Source: an uncultured Dehalococcoidia bacterium
Lineage (GTDB): Bacteria; Chloroflexota; Dehalococcoidia; UBA2247; RBG-13-53-26
Direction of reading: 5' to 3'
Assembly: GCA_964492335.1 (NCBI GenBank)
Contig: CAZBJX010000008.1
Location: 2,757 to 66,756, forward strand
Length of the DNA: 64,000 nt
The notes beneath the pieces were generated by a model. That model ran no database searches. It was not told where the DNA came from and was given only the letters and a program-made list of their open reading frames with translations. Below, in pieces: positions 49,889 to 59,518 of the stretch (the first letter of the stretch is position 1; the number at the start of each line of letters is the position of its first letter). A program made the translations under genes and the position numbers.

Positions 49889-50617
49889 TTGATCAGGACC
49901 AACAGAAGAAGCGTGTTCTCGGCCCGGCTGGAAGAAGTCAAGGGCAAAGTCATCGATCTTCTCTTCCCGCCCCATTGTGTGGGCTGCGGGAGCGAAGGTC
50001 TGTTTGTCTGCAGCCTCTGCGAGTCCTCCCTGCCGGTGCTGGCCTCTCCTGTGTGCCCCACGTGCGGCCGGCCCCTTCGCCGGCAGGGCGACTGCCCCGT
50101 GTGCCGCGCGTGGAAGCCGGAGACGGACGGCATCCGGTCGCCCTTCGCCTTTGACGGCGTGGTCCGCCAGTGCATCTACCAGTTCAAGTACGGGCACTTC
50201 AAGGCGCTGGCCGCGCCCCTGGGGCGGCTGCTGGCCGGCTACCTGGAGAGGGAGAGGCTGGAGGCCGACGTCCTGGTGCCGGTGCCGCTGCATTCCAGCC
50301 GGGAGCGCGACCGGGGGTACAACCAGTCCGCCCTCCTGGCCGCCGAGCTGGGGAAGCGCAGCGGCCTGCCGGTGGTCAGCGACTGCCTGGTCAGGCTGCG
50401 CCATACCAGGCCCCAGGTCAAGACGGCAAGCGCCCTGGAGCGGCAGCGCAACCTCGCGGGGGCGTTCGGCTGCCGGGACCGCAGGCTCGAGGGGAAGCGG
50501 GTCCTGCTGATTGACGACGTTTGCACCACCGGAGCGACTCTCAGCTCCTGTGCCATCGCCCTGAGGGAGGCGGGGGCCTCCCTGGTATGGGGCCTGGCAC
50601 TGGCCAGGGAAGCATGA
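49889..50617 (+). CDS. comF: ComF-family competence protein (zinc ribbon + PRTase domain)
   Basis: [35 protein letters not shown]. Confidence 0.93.
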   Translation: MIRTNRRSVFSARLEEVKGKVIDLLFPPHCVGCGSEGLFVCSLCESSLPVLASPVCPTCGRPLRRQGDCPVCRAWKPETDGIRSPFAFDGVVRQCIYQFKYGHFKALAAPLGRLLAGYLERERLEADVLVPVPLHSSRERDRGYNQSALLAAELGKRSGLPVVSDCLVRLRHTRPQVKTASALERQRNLAGAFGCRDRRLEGKRVLLIDDVCTTGATLSSCAIALREAGASLVWGLALAREA

Positions 50618-51852
50618 GCTACGCAGCCGACAGGGACCCCCAGATCGCGGACGTGGTCCGGAAGGAAGAGGAGCGCCAGCGGCGCAAGCTGGTGTTCATC
50701 GCCTCCGAGAACTACGCCAGCCGCGCGGTGATGGAGGTCCAGGGCTCGGTGCTCACCAACAAGTACGCCGAGGGATACCCGGGGCGCCGGTACTACGGCA
50801 GCTGCGAGTGGGTGGACGAGGCGGAGCGGATAGCCATCGACCGCGTCAGGCGGCTCTTCGGGGTGGAGTACGCCAACGTCCAGCCCCACAGCGGCAGCCA
50901 GGCCAACGCCGCGGCCTACCTGGCGCTCCTCAAGCCCGGCGACACCGTGCTGGCCATGAGCCTGGCCCACGGCGGGCATCTCACGCACGGCAGCCCGGCC
51001 AGCTTCTCCGGCAAGCTCTACAACTTCGTGCACTACGGGGTCAACCGGGAGACGGAGCTGCTGGACTACGAAGAGCTGGAGCGCCTGGCCAGGGAGCACC
51101 GTCCCAGGCTGATCGTGGCCGGGGCCAGCTCCTATCCCAGGACCATCGACTCCGAGCGAATCCGGCGGGTAGCGGACGAGGTGGGAGCCAGGGTGATGAT
51201 GGACATCGCGCACCCGGCGGGGCTGATCGCCGCGGGCATCCATCCCTCGCCCCTGCCCTGGGCCCACGTAGTGACCGCCACCACGCAGAAGACGCTGCGC
51301 GGGCCGCGGGGGGGCTTCATCCTGGCCGGCGCGGAGCTGGCCAAAGGCCTGGACTCGGCCGTCTTCCCGGGGACGCAGGGGGGGCCGCTGATGCACGTCA
51401 TCGCCGCCAAGGCGGTCTGCTTCCACGAGGCCCTGCAGCCCGACTTCGTCGCCTACCAGAAGAGCCTGGCGGAGAACGCCAGGGTCCTGGCCGCCGAGCT
51501 GGCCCGGCTGGGCCTGCGCATTGTGACCGGCGGCACGGACAACCACCTGCTGCTGGTGGACCTGCGAGCCGCCGGCATAACTGGCAAGGAGGCCGAGGAA
51601 GCGCTGGACGCCATCGGCATATCCGCCAACCGCAACGCCATACCCTTCGACCCCCTGCCGCCCCGGCAGGCCAGCGGGCTGAGGCTGGGGACGGCCGCCG
51701 CCACCACCCGGGGGCTGGGCACGCCGGAGATGAAGCAGGTCGCCCTGATAGTCCACCGGGCGCTCACCAACCTCGGGGACGAAGAGCTCGGCAAGCGCCT
51801 GGCCGGGGAGGTCCGGGGCATCTGCGACAGGTTCCCGGTCCCGCAGAGTTGA
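50614..51852 (+). CDS. glyA: Serine hydroxymethyltransferase
   Basis: [59 protein letters not shown]. Confidence 0.97.
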   Translation: MSYAADRDPQIADVVRKEEERQRRKLVFIASENYASRAVMEVQGSVLTNKYAEGYPGRRYYGSCEWVDEAERIAIDRVRRLFGVEYANVQPHSGSQANAAAYLALLKPGDTVLAMSLAHGGHLTHGSPASFSGKLYNFVHYGVNRETELLDYEELERLAREHRPRLIVAGASSYPRTIDSERIRRVADEVGARVMMDIAHPAGLIAAGIHPSPLPWAHVVTATTQKTLRGPRGGFILAGAELAKGLDSAVFPGTQGGPLMHVIAAKAVCFHEALQPDFVAYQKSLAENARVLAAELARLGLRIVTGGTDNHLLLVDLRAAGITGKEAEEALDAIGISANRNAIPFDPLPPRQASGLRLGTAAATTRGLGTPEMKQVALIVHRALTNLGDEELGKRLAGEVRGICDRFPVPQS

Positions 51853-51885
51853 GGGGGCCGCGGCTTCTGTGCTATAGTTTGTCGA

Positions 51886-51922
51886 ACAATAACGCGAGTT
51901 ATTGTCTAGTCCTTCTGGAGGG
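51886..51922 (+). promoter_or_regulatory. rpsF leader hairpin (candidate S6:S18 autoregulatory element)
   Basis: acaataac-GCGA-gttattgt stem with GNRA loop, then cct/agg able to pair over the RBS; TGcTATAGT -10 upstream. Confidence 0.45.
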
Positions 51923-51931
51923 AATATCGAA

Positions 51932-52219
51932 TTGCGTGACTACGAATTGACGGTGATTTACCGGCCCGAGATCGCGGAAGAGGAGATTCCGGCTGAGATA
52001 GACAGGGTGAGCCAGCTCATCAGCCAGAAGGGAGGGGTGGTGGGAGACGTCAATCGATGGGGCCGGAAGAGGCTGGCCTATCCCATAGACCGCTGCCGGG
52101 AAGGCAACTACGTGCTCACGCCGTTCAAGATGGACCCCACCGAGGCGCCGCAGCTGGACAGGAACCTGCGCGGTTCCGACCGCATTCTGCGGCACCTGCT
52201 GGTGAGGATCGGGGAATAG
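51932..52219 (+). CDS. rpsF: 30S ribosomal protein S6
   Basis: MRDYELTVIYRP, WGRKRLAYPI, ILRHL; TTG start. Confidence 0.96.
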   Translation: MRDYELTVIYRPEIAEEEIPAEIDRVSQLISQKGGVVGDVNRWGRKRLAYPIDRCREGNYVLTPFKMDPTEAPQLDRNLRGSDRILRHLLVRIGE

Positions 52220-52252
52220 GGGGCCAGGGGACCTGAGAGGGGGCGGGATGCA

Positions 52253-52651
52253 ATGGCGAATCTGAACAAGGTGATGATCATCGGCAACGTGGGGACCGAT
52301 CCCGAGATGCGGTTCACGCCCAATGGCAACCCGGTGACCAGCTTCCGGGTGGCTACCAGCCGGTTCTTCACCGGCCCGGAAGGCGAGCGCAAGCAGGAGA
52401 CGGAGTGGTTCACGGTCACCGCCTGGAACAAGCTGGCGGAGAGCTGCAACCAGTTCCTGACCAAGGGCCGGCGGGCCTACATAGAGGGCCGGCTGCGCAG
52501 CCGTGTCTGGGAGGGGCAGGACGGCCAGAAGCGGACCCAGGTGGAGATAGTCGCGGAGCGGGTGCTGTTCCTGGACCGCCAGGCCGCCGCCCCGGTGAGG
52601 GAGGACGGCAAGGCTGACGAGGAGATCGAGGCGCAGGACCTGCCGTTCTAG
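52253..52651 (+). CDS. ssb: Single-stranded DNA-binding protein
   Basis: LNKVMIIGNVG-DPE, TEWF, EGRLRSR, C-terminal DLPF. Confidence 0.98.
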   Translation: MANLNKVMIIGNVGTDPEMRFTPNGNPVTSFRVATSRFFTGPEGERKQETEWFTVTAWNKLAESCNQFLTKGRRAYIEGRLRSRVWEGQDGQKRTQVEIVAERVLFLDRQAAAPVREDGKADEEIEAQDLPF

Positions 52652-52667
52652 TGAAGGAAGATGAAGA

Positions 52668-52961
52668 ATGGTTAGTGGACCAAGGAGACCGGCAAGAAGA
52701 TCGTCGAGGCCGAAGTACATTCCGAAGCGGAAGGTGTGCGCCTTCTGTGCTGACAAGGTGAAGGAGATCAGCTACCGGGACATCGCCCTGCTGCGGCGCT
52801 ACATCTCGGACCGGCACAAGATAGAGCCCCGGCGCCGCACAGGCAACTGCGCCAAGCACCAGCGGGCGCTGGCCCAGGCCATCAAGAGGGCCCGGCACAT
52901 CGCCCTCATTCCGCACACCTCGGTGCAACTGCGCAAAGCGGGCGCCGTCATCCTGCGGTAG
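52668..52961 (+). CDS. rpsR: 30S ribosomal protein S18 (Zn-binding type)
   Basis: [29 protein letters not shown]. Confidence 0.97.
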   Translation: MVSGPRRPARRSSRPKYIPKRKVCAFCADKVKEISYRDIALLRRYISDRHKIEPRRRTGNCAKHQRALAQAIKRARHIALIPHTSVQLRKAGAVILR

Positions 52962-53038
52962 CGGCGTCTCCCTCGCCGGGTGAGGCGGTCCCGTGCCGCC
53001 GGCGGGCGGCGAGGCCCTCGTTCCTGTCAGGTTAGACC

Positions 53039-54106
53039 ATGAGTATGCTGGGGAGATTGCTGGACCGGTCCGGCCAGAAGAAGCGGCGCCGTCCGCGCAC
53101 CAAGGCGGAGTTGGAGAAGAGGCGGCGCCTCCTTATCGTCATCCTGATCATCACGGCAGTGGTGGCCGCCACGGTCACCGTCGGCTACGGGTACTACGAC
53201 ACCAGCGTCAGGCCCTGGCGCCAGCCCATCCTCGAGGTGAACGGCACCGTCATCGACATGCGCACCTTCGTCAACCACCTCCGCCTGCACCAGCAGTACT
53301 CGGGCTACTTCTCCTCCGAGTCGGAGTGGGCCCAGTACGTGGTGAGCGTCGTGGAGCAGAACGAGATGAACCGGCAGTACCTGCAGGGTCACTTCCCGGG
53401 GGTCGACCTGGCGGCGGTGACCAGCGACGAGGAGGTCGACCGCAAGGTCCGGGAGGAGCTGGGCCTGGCGGACAACTCCACCCAGGAGGAATACGACCAG
53501 GCGTACCGCAACCTGGAAGAGGGCCTGAAGAGCTACGGCGTGTCGGTCAGTGACTTCAGGAAGCTGTACGTAGAGCCGCTGCTGATCAGCGCCGAGCTGC
53601 AGAAGCAGATCGGCGACCGGGACTACCCGGCCACGGGCAGCCACGACCACGCCCGGGTGCAGGCCCTCCTCGTCAGCGGGGCGGACCAGGCCTCCCTGGC
53701 GAGGATGAAGTGGGAGAACGGCGCGGCGTTTGACACCCTGGCCGGCGAGAGCTGGGTCTCCGAGTCCATCGGGGACACCCTGGAGACGGACAGCGCCACC
53801 CCCAGGTGGGTGCCCCGGAGCACCCGGGGCGAGTCCTTCGACAACTGCACCTTCAGCATCCCCGTGGGCATGCTGAGCGATCCCGTCCCGGAGGCCGACA
53901 GCTTCGAGGAGTACTGGCTGGTCAACGTGCTGGCCAGGGAGTCCAGGCAGCTGACCGAGGAGGACCGGGACCGCCTGGTTTCCGACGCGGTGTCCATGTG
54001 GCTGGAGGAAGCCATGGCCTCCCCGGAGAACGTGATCGTCAACTACCTCGACCAGGAGGGAGGCGCGGCCAGACTGGCCTGGGCCGTCAAGCAGGCCGCG
54101 GTGTGA
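53039..54106 (+). CDS. Membrane-anchored SurA/PrsA-like foldase (degenerate rotamase domain)
   Basis: Basic N-terminus and TM segment, ILEVNGTVI, FDTLA, SIPVGMLSDPV pattern. Confidence 0.55.
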   Translation: MSMLGRLLDRSGQKKRRRPRTKAELEKRRRLLIVILIITAVVAATVTVGYGYYDTSVRPWRQPILEVNGTVIDMRTFVNHLRLHQQYSGYFSSESEWAQYVVSVVEQNEMNRQYLQGHFPGVDLAAVTSDEEVDRKVREELGLADNSTQEEYDQAYRNLEEGLKSYGVSVSDFRKLYVEPLLISAELQKQIGDRDYPATGSHDHARVQALLVSGADQASLARMKWENGAAFDTLAGESWVSESIGDTLETDSATPRWVPRSTRGESFDNCTFSIPVGMLSDPVPEADSFEEYWLVNVLARESRQLTEEDRDRLVSDAVSMWLEEAMASPENVIVNYLDQEGGAARLAWAVKQAAV

Positions 54107-54121
54107 CGGAGTGAGGCGGGC

Positions 54122-55396
54122 ATGAGGAGCATCGGCATCGGGCTGATGGGGCTGGGCACCATCGGCGGCGGCGTCTACCGGGCCCTGGCGGAGAGGGGGC
54201 AGGTCATCGCCGAGGCCGTGGGCTCCCCGGTGGTCCTGCGGAAGGTGCTGGAGAAGCGGCCGGTGGACATCGACCCGTCTCTGCTCACCTCGGACTTCCA
54301 GCAGATACTGTCCCACCCCGGGATAGATGTCGTCATCGAGCTGCTGGGCGGCGAGCACCCGGCGGTGGACTTCATCAGGGAATCACTGCAGGCGGGCAAG
54401 CACGTGGTCACCGCCAACAAGGAGGTCATCGCCAAGCACGGGCCCCAGCTCCTGGCCATCGCCAGGGAGAAGGGCGTGGCCCTGCAGTTCGAGGCCAGCG
54501 TTGGCGGCGGCATCCCCCTGCTGCTGCCCCTGCAGCAGGGACTGCTGGCCAACGAGGTCTCCACCATATACGGGATCATCAACGGCACCACCAACTACAT
54601 CCTCAGCCGGATGTCCCAGGAGCGCACCGGGTTCGCCGAGGCGCTCAAGAAGGCGCAGGAGCTGGGCTATGCCGAGGCCGACCCCTCCAACGACATCGAG
54701 GGCCGGGACGCCGCCTACAAGCTGGCCATCCTGGCCAGCGCCGGCTTCCACACCACGGTGCGCCCGGAGCAGGTCTACTGCGAAGGGATCTCGCGCCTGG
54801 CGGCGCCGGACTTCCTGTATGCGAAGGAGCTGGGCTACGAGATCAAGCTCCTGGCCATCGCCAAGCAGGCGGACGACGCGGTCGAGGCGCGGGTGCACCC
54901 CGTCTTCATCCCTCAGGAGTACCTGCTGGCCAGGGTCGGCGGCGTCTACAACGCCGTGCAGGTGGAGGGGGACCTGGTGGGCCAGCTGATCTTCTACGGC
55001 CGGGGCGCGGGAGCGCAGCCCACATCGAGCGCGGTGCTCTCTGACGTGATAGCCATAGGCCAGGCCATCGCCTCCGGCCGGCAGGTGCCATGTGCAATGC
55101 GGCTGGCCAGGCCCAAGGCGGTCAGGCCGATGTCCGAGCTGCAGACGCGGTACTACCTGCGGATCAAACTGGCCGACAAGCCGGGCGTGCTGGCCCAGAT
55201 CGCCGGGATACTGGGCGACCGCGGCATCAGCATTGCCTGCGTCATCCAGAAGGAGACGGACGAGACCCACCGGACGGCGGTGATCGTCCTCATGACCCAC
55301 ATGGCGCGGGAGGAGTCCATGCAGTCCGCCCTGGCGGACTTGAGGAAGATCCCCGCGGTCAAGAGAATAGGCAACGTCATCAGGGTTGAAGAATAG
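54122..55396 (+). CDS. hom: Homoserine dehydrogenase with ACT domain
   Basis: GLGTIGGG, VVTANK, FEASVGGGIP, GIINGTTNYIL, GYAEADP, GRGAG, DKPGVLA. Confidence 0.97.
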   Translation: MRSIGIGLMGLGTIGGGVYRALAERGQVIAEAVGSPVVLRKVLEKRPVDIDPSLLTSDFQQILSHPGIDVVIELLGGEHPAVDFIRESLQAGKHVVTANKEVIAKHGPQLLAIAREKGVALQFEASVGGGIPLLLPLQQGLLANEVSTIYGIINGTTNYILSRMSQERTGFAEALKKAQELGYAEADPSNDIEGRDAAYKLAILASAGFHTTVRPEQVYCEGISRLAAPDFLYAKELGYEIKLLAIAKQADDAVEARVHPVFIPQEYLLARVGGVYNAVQVEGDLVGQLIFYGRGAGAQPTSSAVLSDVIAIGQAIASGRQVPCAMRLARPKAVRPMSELQTRYYLRIKLADKPGVLAQIAGILGDRGISIACVIQKETDETHRTAVIVLMTHMAREESMQSALADLRKIPAVKRIGNVIRVEE

Positions 55397-55407
55397 GCGG
55401 TGATAGC

Positions 55408-55611
55408 ATGACTTGGATAGCGGGCCTGATTGCCACCGGTGAGGTGAAGTGCGACGGGTGCGAGAAGACCATGAGGCATCCCGACCGGTACGCCTACGTG
55501 TCCGAAGACGACCGGCCCGTGGAGCGCCTGTGTGAGAAATGCTCCAGCGCCAGGGGCTACCTGAGAAAGAGAAAGGACGAGAAGGGGCGCGAGACGGCCT
55601 CCTTCCTGTAG
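55408..55611 (+). CDS. Small CxxC...CxxC hypothetical protein
   Basis: CDGC and CEKC pairs; tight spacing (11 and 9 bp) between hom and thrC. Confidence 0.7.
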   Translation: MTWIAGLIATGEVKCDGCEKTMRHPDRYAYVSEDDRPVERLCEKCSSARGYLRKRKDEKGRETASFL

Positions 55612-55620
55612 TCCCTCGAG

Positions 55621-56670
55621 ATGGGCCTGGGAGTCCTGCCGAGATACCAGCAGTACCTGCCGGTGACCGCGGCCACCCCGATGGTCAACCTGGGCGAGGG
55701 CGACACCCCCCTGGTGCGGTCGCTGTCCCTGGAGAAGGAGCTGGGCTGCGGCGAGCTGTACTTCAAGCTCGAAGGCTGCAACCCCACCGGGTCCTTCAAG
55801 GACCGGGGCATGGTGATGGCGGTGGCCAAGGCCGTGGAGGCCGGGAACCGGGCCATCATCTGCGCCTCGACCGGCAACACCAGCGCCTCGGCAGCGGCCT
55901 ACGGGGCCCGGTGCGGCCTGCGGACCATCATCGTCATCCCCAAGGGCAAGATCGCCCTGGGGAAGCTGGCCCAGGCCGTGGTGTACGGCGCCCGGATCGT
56001 GGCCATCGGGGGCAACTTCGACCAGGCGCTGGACATCGTGCGGCAGTTGGCCGACAGGTACCCGGTGACCCTGGTCAACTCCGTGAATCCCTTCCGCATT
56101 GAGGGGCAGAAGACGGCCGCCTTCGAGGTGGTGGACACCCTGGGAGACGCGCCGGACTACCACTTCATCCCCGTGGGCAACGCCGGCAACATCACCGCCT
56201 ACTGGAAGGGGTACGTCGAGTACCACCGGCTGGGCAAGGCGCGCGGGACCCCGAAGATGATGGGCTTCCAGGCCGAGGGCGCGGCGCCCATCGTCAGGGG
56301 GCACAAGGTCGATCACCCGGAGACGGTAGCCACGGCCATACGCATCGGCAACCCGGCCAGCTGGAAGGGCGCCGAGGCAGCCCGGGACCAATCCGGCGGC
56401 ATCATCGACTGGGTCAGCGACGCTGAGATCATGGCCGCCTACCACCGCCTGGCATCCTCTGAGGGCGTCTTCGGCGAGCCGGCTTCGGCAGCCTCGGTGG
56501 CGGGCCTGATCAGGCACGCCCCGCGGCTCGACCTGGCCGGCAAGCGGGTGGTCTGCGTGATCACCGGCAGCGGGCTCAAAGACCCGGACAACGCCATGAA
56601 GCAGGCGCCGTCCATTGCCGAGATCCCGGCGGACCTGGAGCAGGTCGCCGGCGCCCTCGGGCTAACCTGA
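55621..56670 (+). CDS. thrC: Threonine synthase
   Basis: LGEGDTPL, NPTGSFKDRGM, CASTGNTSAS, VNSVNPFR, PVGNAGN, TGSGLKD. Confidence 0.97.
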   Translation: MGLGVLPRYQQYLPVTAATPMVNLGEGDTPLVRSLSLEKELGCGELYFKLEGCNPTGSFKDRGMVMAVAKAVEAGNRAIICASTGNTSASAAAYGARCGLRTIIVIPKGKIALGKLAQAVVYGARIVAIGGNFDQALDIVRQLADRYPVTLVNSVNPFRIEGQKTAAFEVVDTLGDAPDYHFIPVGNAGNITAYWKGYVEYHRLGKARGTPKMMGFQAEGAAPIVRGHKVDHPETVATAIRIGNPASWKGAEAARDQSGGIIDWVSDAEIMAAYHRLASSEGVFGEPASAASVAGLIRHAPRLDLAGKRVVCVITGSGLKDPDNAMKQAPSIAEIPADLEQVAGALGLT

Positions 56671-56695
56671 ACACTCGGAGGCAGCCATCTCTCCT

Positions 56696-57619
56696 GTGCG
56701 GGCCAGAGTCATCGTCAATCCCAGTTCGGGGGCCAGGTCCGGAGAGCGCAAGTGGCCCCGCATCAAGGCCATGTTGGACGAGGCCGGCCTGCGCTTCGAC
56801 GGCGTGCTGACCGAAGGGCCGATGCACGCGGCCATCCTGGCCGGGGAAGCAGCCGACCTGGGCTATGACCTGGTGGTGGCGGTGGGCGGCGACGGGACCA
56901 TCAACGAGGTGGTCAACGGGCTGATCGGCCCCGAGGGCAGGGGCAGGGTGGACCTGGGCATCATCTTCACCGGCACCGCCAACGACTTCGCCCGCAACCT
57001 CGACCTGCCCCCGAACCTGGAGCGCAACTGCCACCTGATGGTCTCCCCCCGCAGGATGGACGTGGACGTAGGGCTGGTGGAGTGCGTCCGGGACGGGCAG
57101 CCCAGGCGGCGCTACTTCGTCAACGTTTCCGGAGCGGGGTTCGATGCCGACTGGATGGAGGAAGCCAGGAGGATAGTGCTGCCCCTGGGCCCGAAGGGCA
57201 ACTACCTGGCGGCCTTCCTGCGGATGGCCCCCACCTACGAGCCCAAGGACTACGTCCTGGACTTCGGCGACAGGCAGGAGAAGCACCGCGCCTACACCGT
57301 CCTGGTGAGCAACGGCCGGTACTCCGGCCGCATCCCCTTCAACCCGCAGGGGGACCTGGCCGACGGCCTCTTCGAGGTGATGGCCCTGGACCTGCCCACC
57401 TTCGTCGAGGCCGTGGCCTCGAGCATCTTCTCCCGGACCGAGGGCCACCCCGGGGTCCAGTGGTCCCGGGCCGCCTCGGTTTGCATGAAGTCCGGGGAGC
57501 GGCTGTCGGTGCAGGCCGACGGCGAGGTCCTGGGGGAGCTGCCCGCCCGTTTCCAGGTGCTGCCCGGGGCCCTGCGGGTGGTCTCCCGGCGCTGGCCGGC
57601 CTCGGGGCCCAACCCCTGA
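56696..57619 (+). CDS. Diacylglycerol kinase-family (YegS/BmrU) kinase
   Basis: IVNPSSG, VGGDGTINEVVNGL, GTANDFA, ADGEVLG. Confidence 0.9.
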   Translation: MRARVIVNPSSGARSGERKWPRIKAMLDEAGLRFDGVLTEGPMHAAILAGEAADLGYDLVVAVGGDGTINEVVNGLIGPEGRGRVDLGIIFTGTANDFARNLDLPPNLERNCHLMVSPRRMDVDVGLVECVRDGQPRRRYFVNVSGAGFDADWMEEARRIVLPLGPKGNYLAAFLRMAPTYEPKDYVLDFGDRQEKHRAYTVLVSNGRYSGRIPFNPQGDLADGLFEVMALDLPTFVEAVASSIFSRTEGHPGVQWSRAASVCMKSGERLSVQADGEVLGELPARFQVLPGALRVVSRRWPASGPNP

Positions 57620-57778
57620 CCCCTGCCTGACAGCAGCCGGTGCTGCCATCGCAGGACAGCGCCGCCGAAGGAAGCCGGTGTTGCCAACCGGGGCGGCCGC
57701 ACATTAGACTTGGCAGGGCCCTGGCGCCGGCGCCGCCTGTCGGCGCGGCGGATACCCGGGCCCGGAGGAGGAGGCGAC

Positions 57779-58348
57779 ATGGTTGACCAGGCCAAGATCA
57801 AGCAGGCGGTGGCCCTCATCATCGAGGCCATCGGGGAGGACCCCGGGCGCGAGGGCCTGGTGAAGACCCCGGAGCGCGTGGCGGACATGTACGCCGAGCT
57901 CTTCGGCGGCCTGGGCCGCGACCCCACTGAGGAGCTGGCCACCGGGTTCGAGGAGGGGCACCGGGAGATGGTGGTGCTGAAGGACATCCCGTTCTACGCC
58001 ATGTGCGAGCACCACCTCCTGCCGTTCTACGGCCTGGCCCACGTGGGCTACATCCCCAACGTGGGCGGGCGGGTGGTGGGGGCCAGCAAGCTGGCCCGGG
58101 TGGTGGAGGTCCTGGCCCGCCGCCCCCAGATCCAGGAAAGGATGACCACCCAGATAGCCGAGGCCATCGTCGCCGCCCTCAACCCCGACGGCGTGGCGGT
58201 GGTGATCGAGGCGGAGCACCTGTGCATGACCATGCGCGGCATCAAGAAGCCGGGGAGCAACATCGTGACATCGGCCAACCGGGGGGCGTTCCGCAGGAAC
58301 GCGGTCACCAGGGCTGAATTCCTGTCGCTGATAGCCCGCAAGCAGTAG
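57779..58348 (+). CDS. folE: GTP cyclohydrolase I
   Basis: [40 protein letters not shown]. Confidence 0.97.
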   Translation: MVDQAKIKQAVALIIEAIGEDPGREGLVKTPERVADMYAELFGGLGRDPTEELATGFEEGHREMVVLKDIPFYAMCEHHLLPFYGLAHVGYIPNVGGRVVGASKLARVVEVLARRPQIQERMTTQIAEAIVAALNPDGVAVVIEAEHLCMTMRGIKKPGSNIVTSANRGAFRRNAVTRAEFLSLIARKQ

Positions 58349-58386
58349 GCCGCCGCGCGGGGCGGGCCGCCGGGGATGCCGGCGGC

Positions 58387-58977
58387 CTACTTCAGTCCGC
58401 CCAGCTCCCGCTTGTACTCGTCCAGCAGCTGGTTGTACTGGGTTTCCATCTGGGACAGCGTCATGCGCCACTCCTCCTGGAACTGGGGCTGGCTCTCCAC
58501 GTCGATCCGGGCATTGGCCGGGATGCCCTGCTGGCGCATGGCGTGCTGCAGCTTCACCTGGAAGTCCTGCCGGAGCATCTCGTAGGCCTGCTTGCGCTGC
58601 TGCTCGCCTTCATTGCTGTAGTGATCGAACACCCGCCTCATCTTGGTGAAGACGTTCTCCACTGCGGCCTTGTCCTTCTTGATGGCCTTGATGGCGTCCA
58701 TGGCCCGCTTGTTGTTCTTCCTGGCCACATCGTGGATGGGGAGGACGATGTTGCGCAGCAGGACCTCCTCGACCCCCCTGGCCACGTACGCCCTCTCCTC
58801 TTCCTTGAACCTGCCCAGCTCGGTGGCCAGGCTCAACTCCTCCCTGAGGTAGCGGACGGCCAGCTTCTCTCCCTCGGGAACGTACTTCCAGGTCAGGACC
58901 TCCTCCTGCGAGGGCTCCTCCAGGTCCTTGATCCGCTCCATGGCTCTCTCGTAGGCGCTCTTCATCTCTTCGGCCAT
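58387..58977 (-). CDS. Conserved helical hypothetical protein (DUF6657-like)
   Basis: MAEEMKSAYERAMER start; coding-like codon use; GGAGG RBS. Confidence 0.65.
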   Translation of the reverse strand: MAEEMKSAYERAMERIKDLEEPSQEEVLTWKYVPEGEKLAVRYLREELSLATELGRFKEEERAYVARGVEEVLLRNIVLPIHDVARKNNKRAMDAIKAIKKDKAAVENVFTKMRRVFDHYSNEGEQQRKQAYEMLRQDFQVKLQHAMRQQGIPANARIDVESQPQFQEEWRMTLSQMETQYNQLLDEYKRELGGLK

Positions 58978-59089
58978 CAACAAACCTCCGGCCCGACGGG
59001 CATTGGGTGTGCATCTATTATATACCCTGGCCCCGGCCTTGAGCACGCTGCTTGACTGAGGGGAAGGTAATCTGCTAGCTTCTTGTCAG

Positions 59090-59166
59090 GGGCGGTTAGC
59101 TCAGTGGTTTAGAGCGCTGCGTTGACATCGCAGAGGTCATTGGTTCAAATCCATTACCGCCCACCA
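59090..59166 (+). tRNA. tRNA-Val(GAC)
   Basis: GGGCGGT/ACCGCCC acceptor stem, CTGCG-TTGACAT-CGCAG anticodon arm, GGTTCAAATCC T-arm, encoded CCA. Confidence 0.98.
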
Positions 59167-59201
59167 TTCTGTACGGTATCGGGAATCGTTACCCCCTCCT
59201 C

Positions 59202-59336
59202 TTACTTAACAGAAAGGGTACTCGCTGCCGCTACCTGTTTCCACACCTTCTTATCATACCTATCCCCTGTGATGGGATCATCCCAGCCTCCTGGCTCTTG
59301 TGAGTGCGTAGTCACACCTGTTTCCTGATTGAACAT
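59202..59336 (-). pseudogene. Low-GC gene fragment of unknown, possibly mobile-element, origin
   Basis: MFNQETG...WDDPITGDRYDKKVWKQVAAA followed by an orphan GAGGAGG RBS-like sequence next to the tRNA 3' end. Confidence 0.3.
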
Positions 59337-59518
59337 CGTACTTAGCCCCAACTGCCGGGGTGATTTCTCAAGTGGAACGCCATTAAGGGGCAGGGGTTGC
59401 TTCGTCAACCGCGACGGCGCCAGGACAGGATCCACGTCAGGGAGGCCGCCTGCTCTGGCTGAAATGATATAATGCAGGCGCCGGCTGCAGTTGACTCTCA
59501 GTCAGGCCAGGTGAAGCT

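Noticed and set aside
57640-57720. Glycine-riboswitch-like AGGACAG...CGCCGAAGG upstream of folE
   Set aside because: No downstream CTCAGG element or second aptamer, and the gene context does not fit
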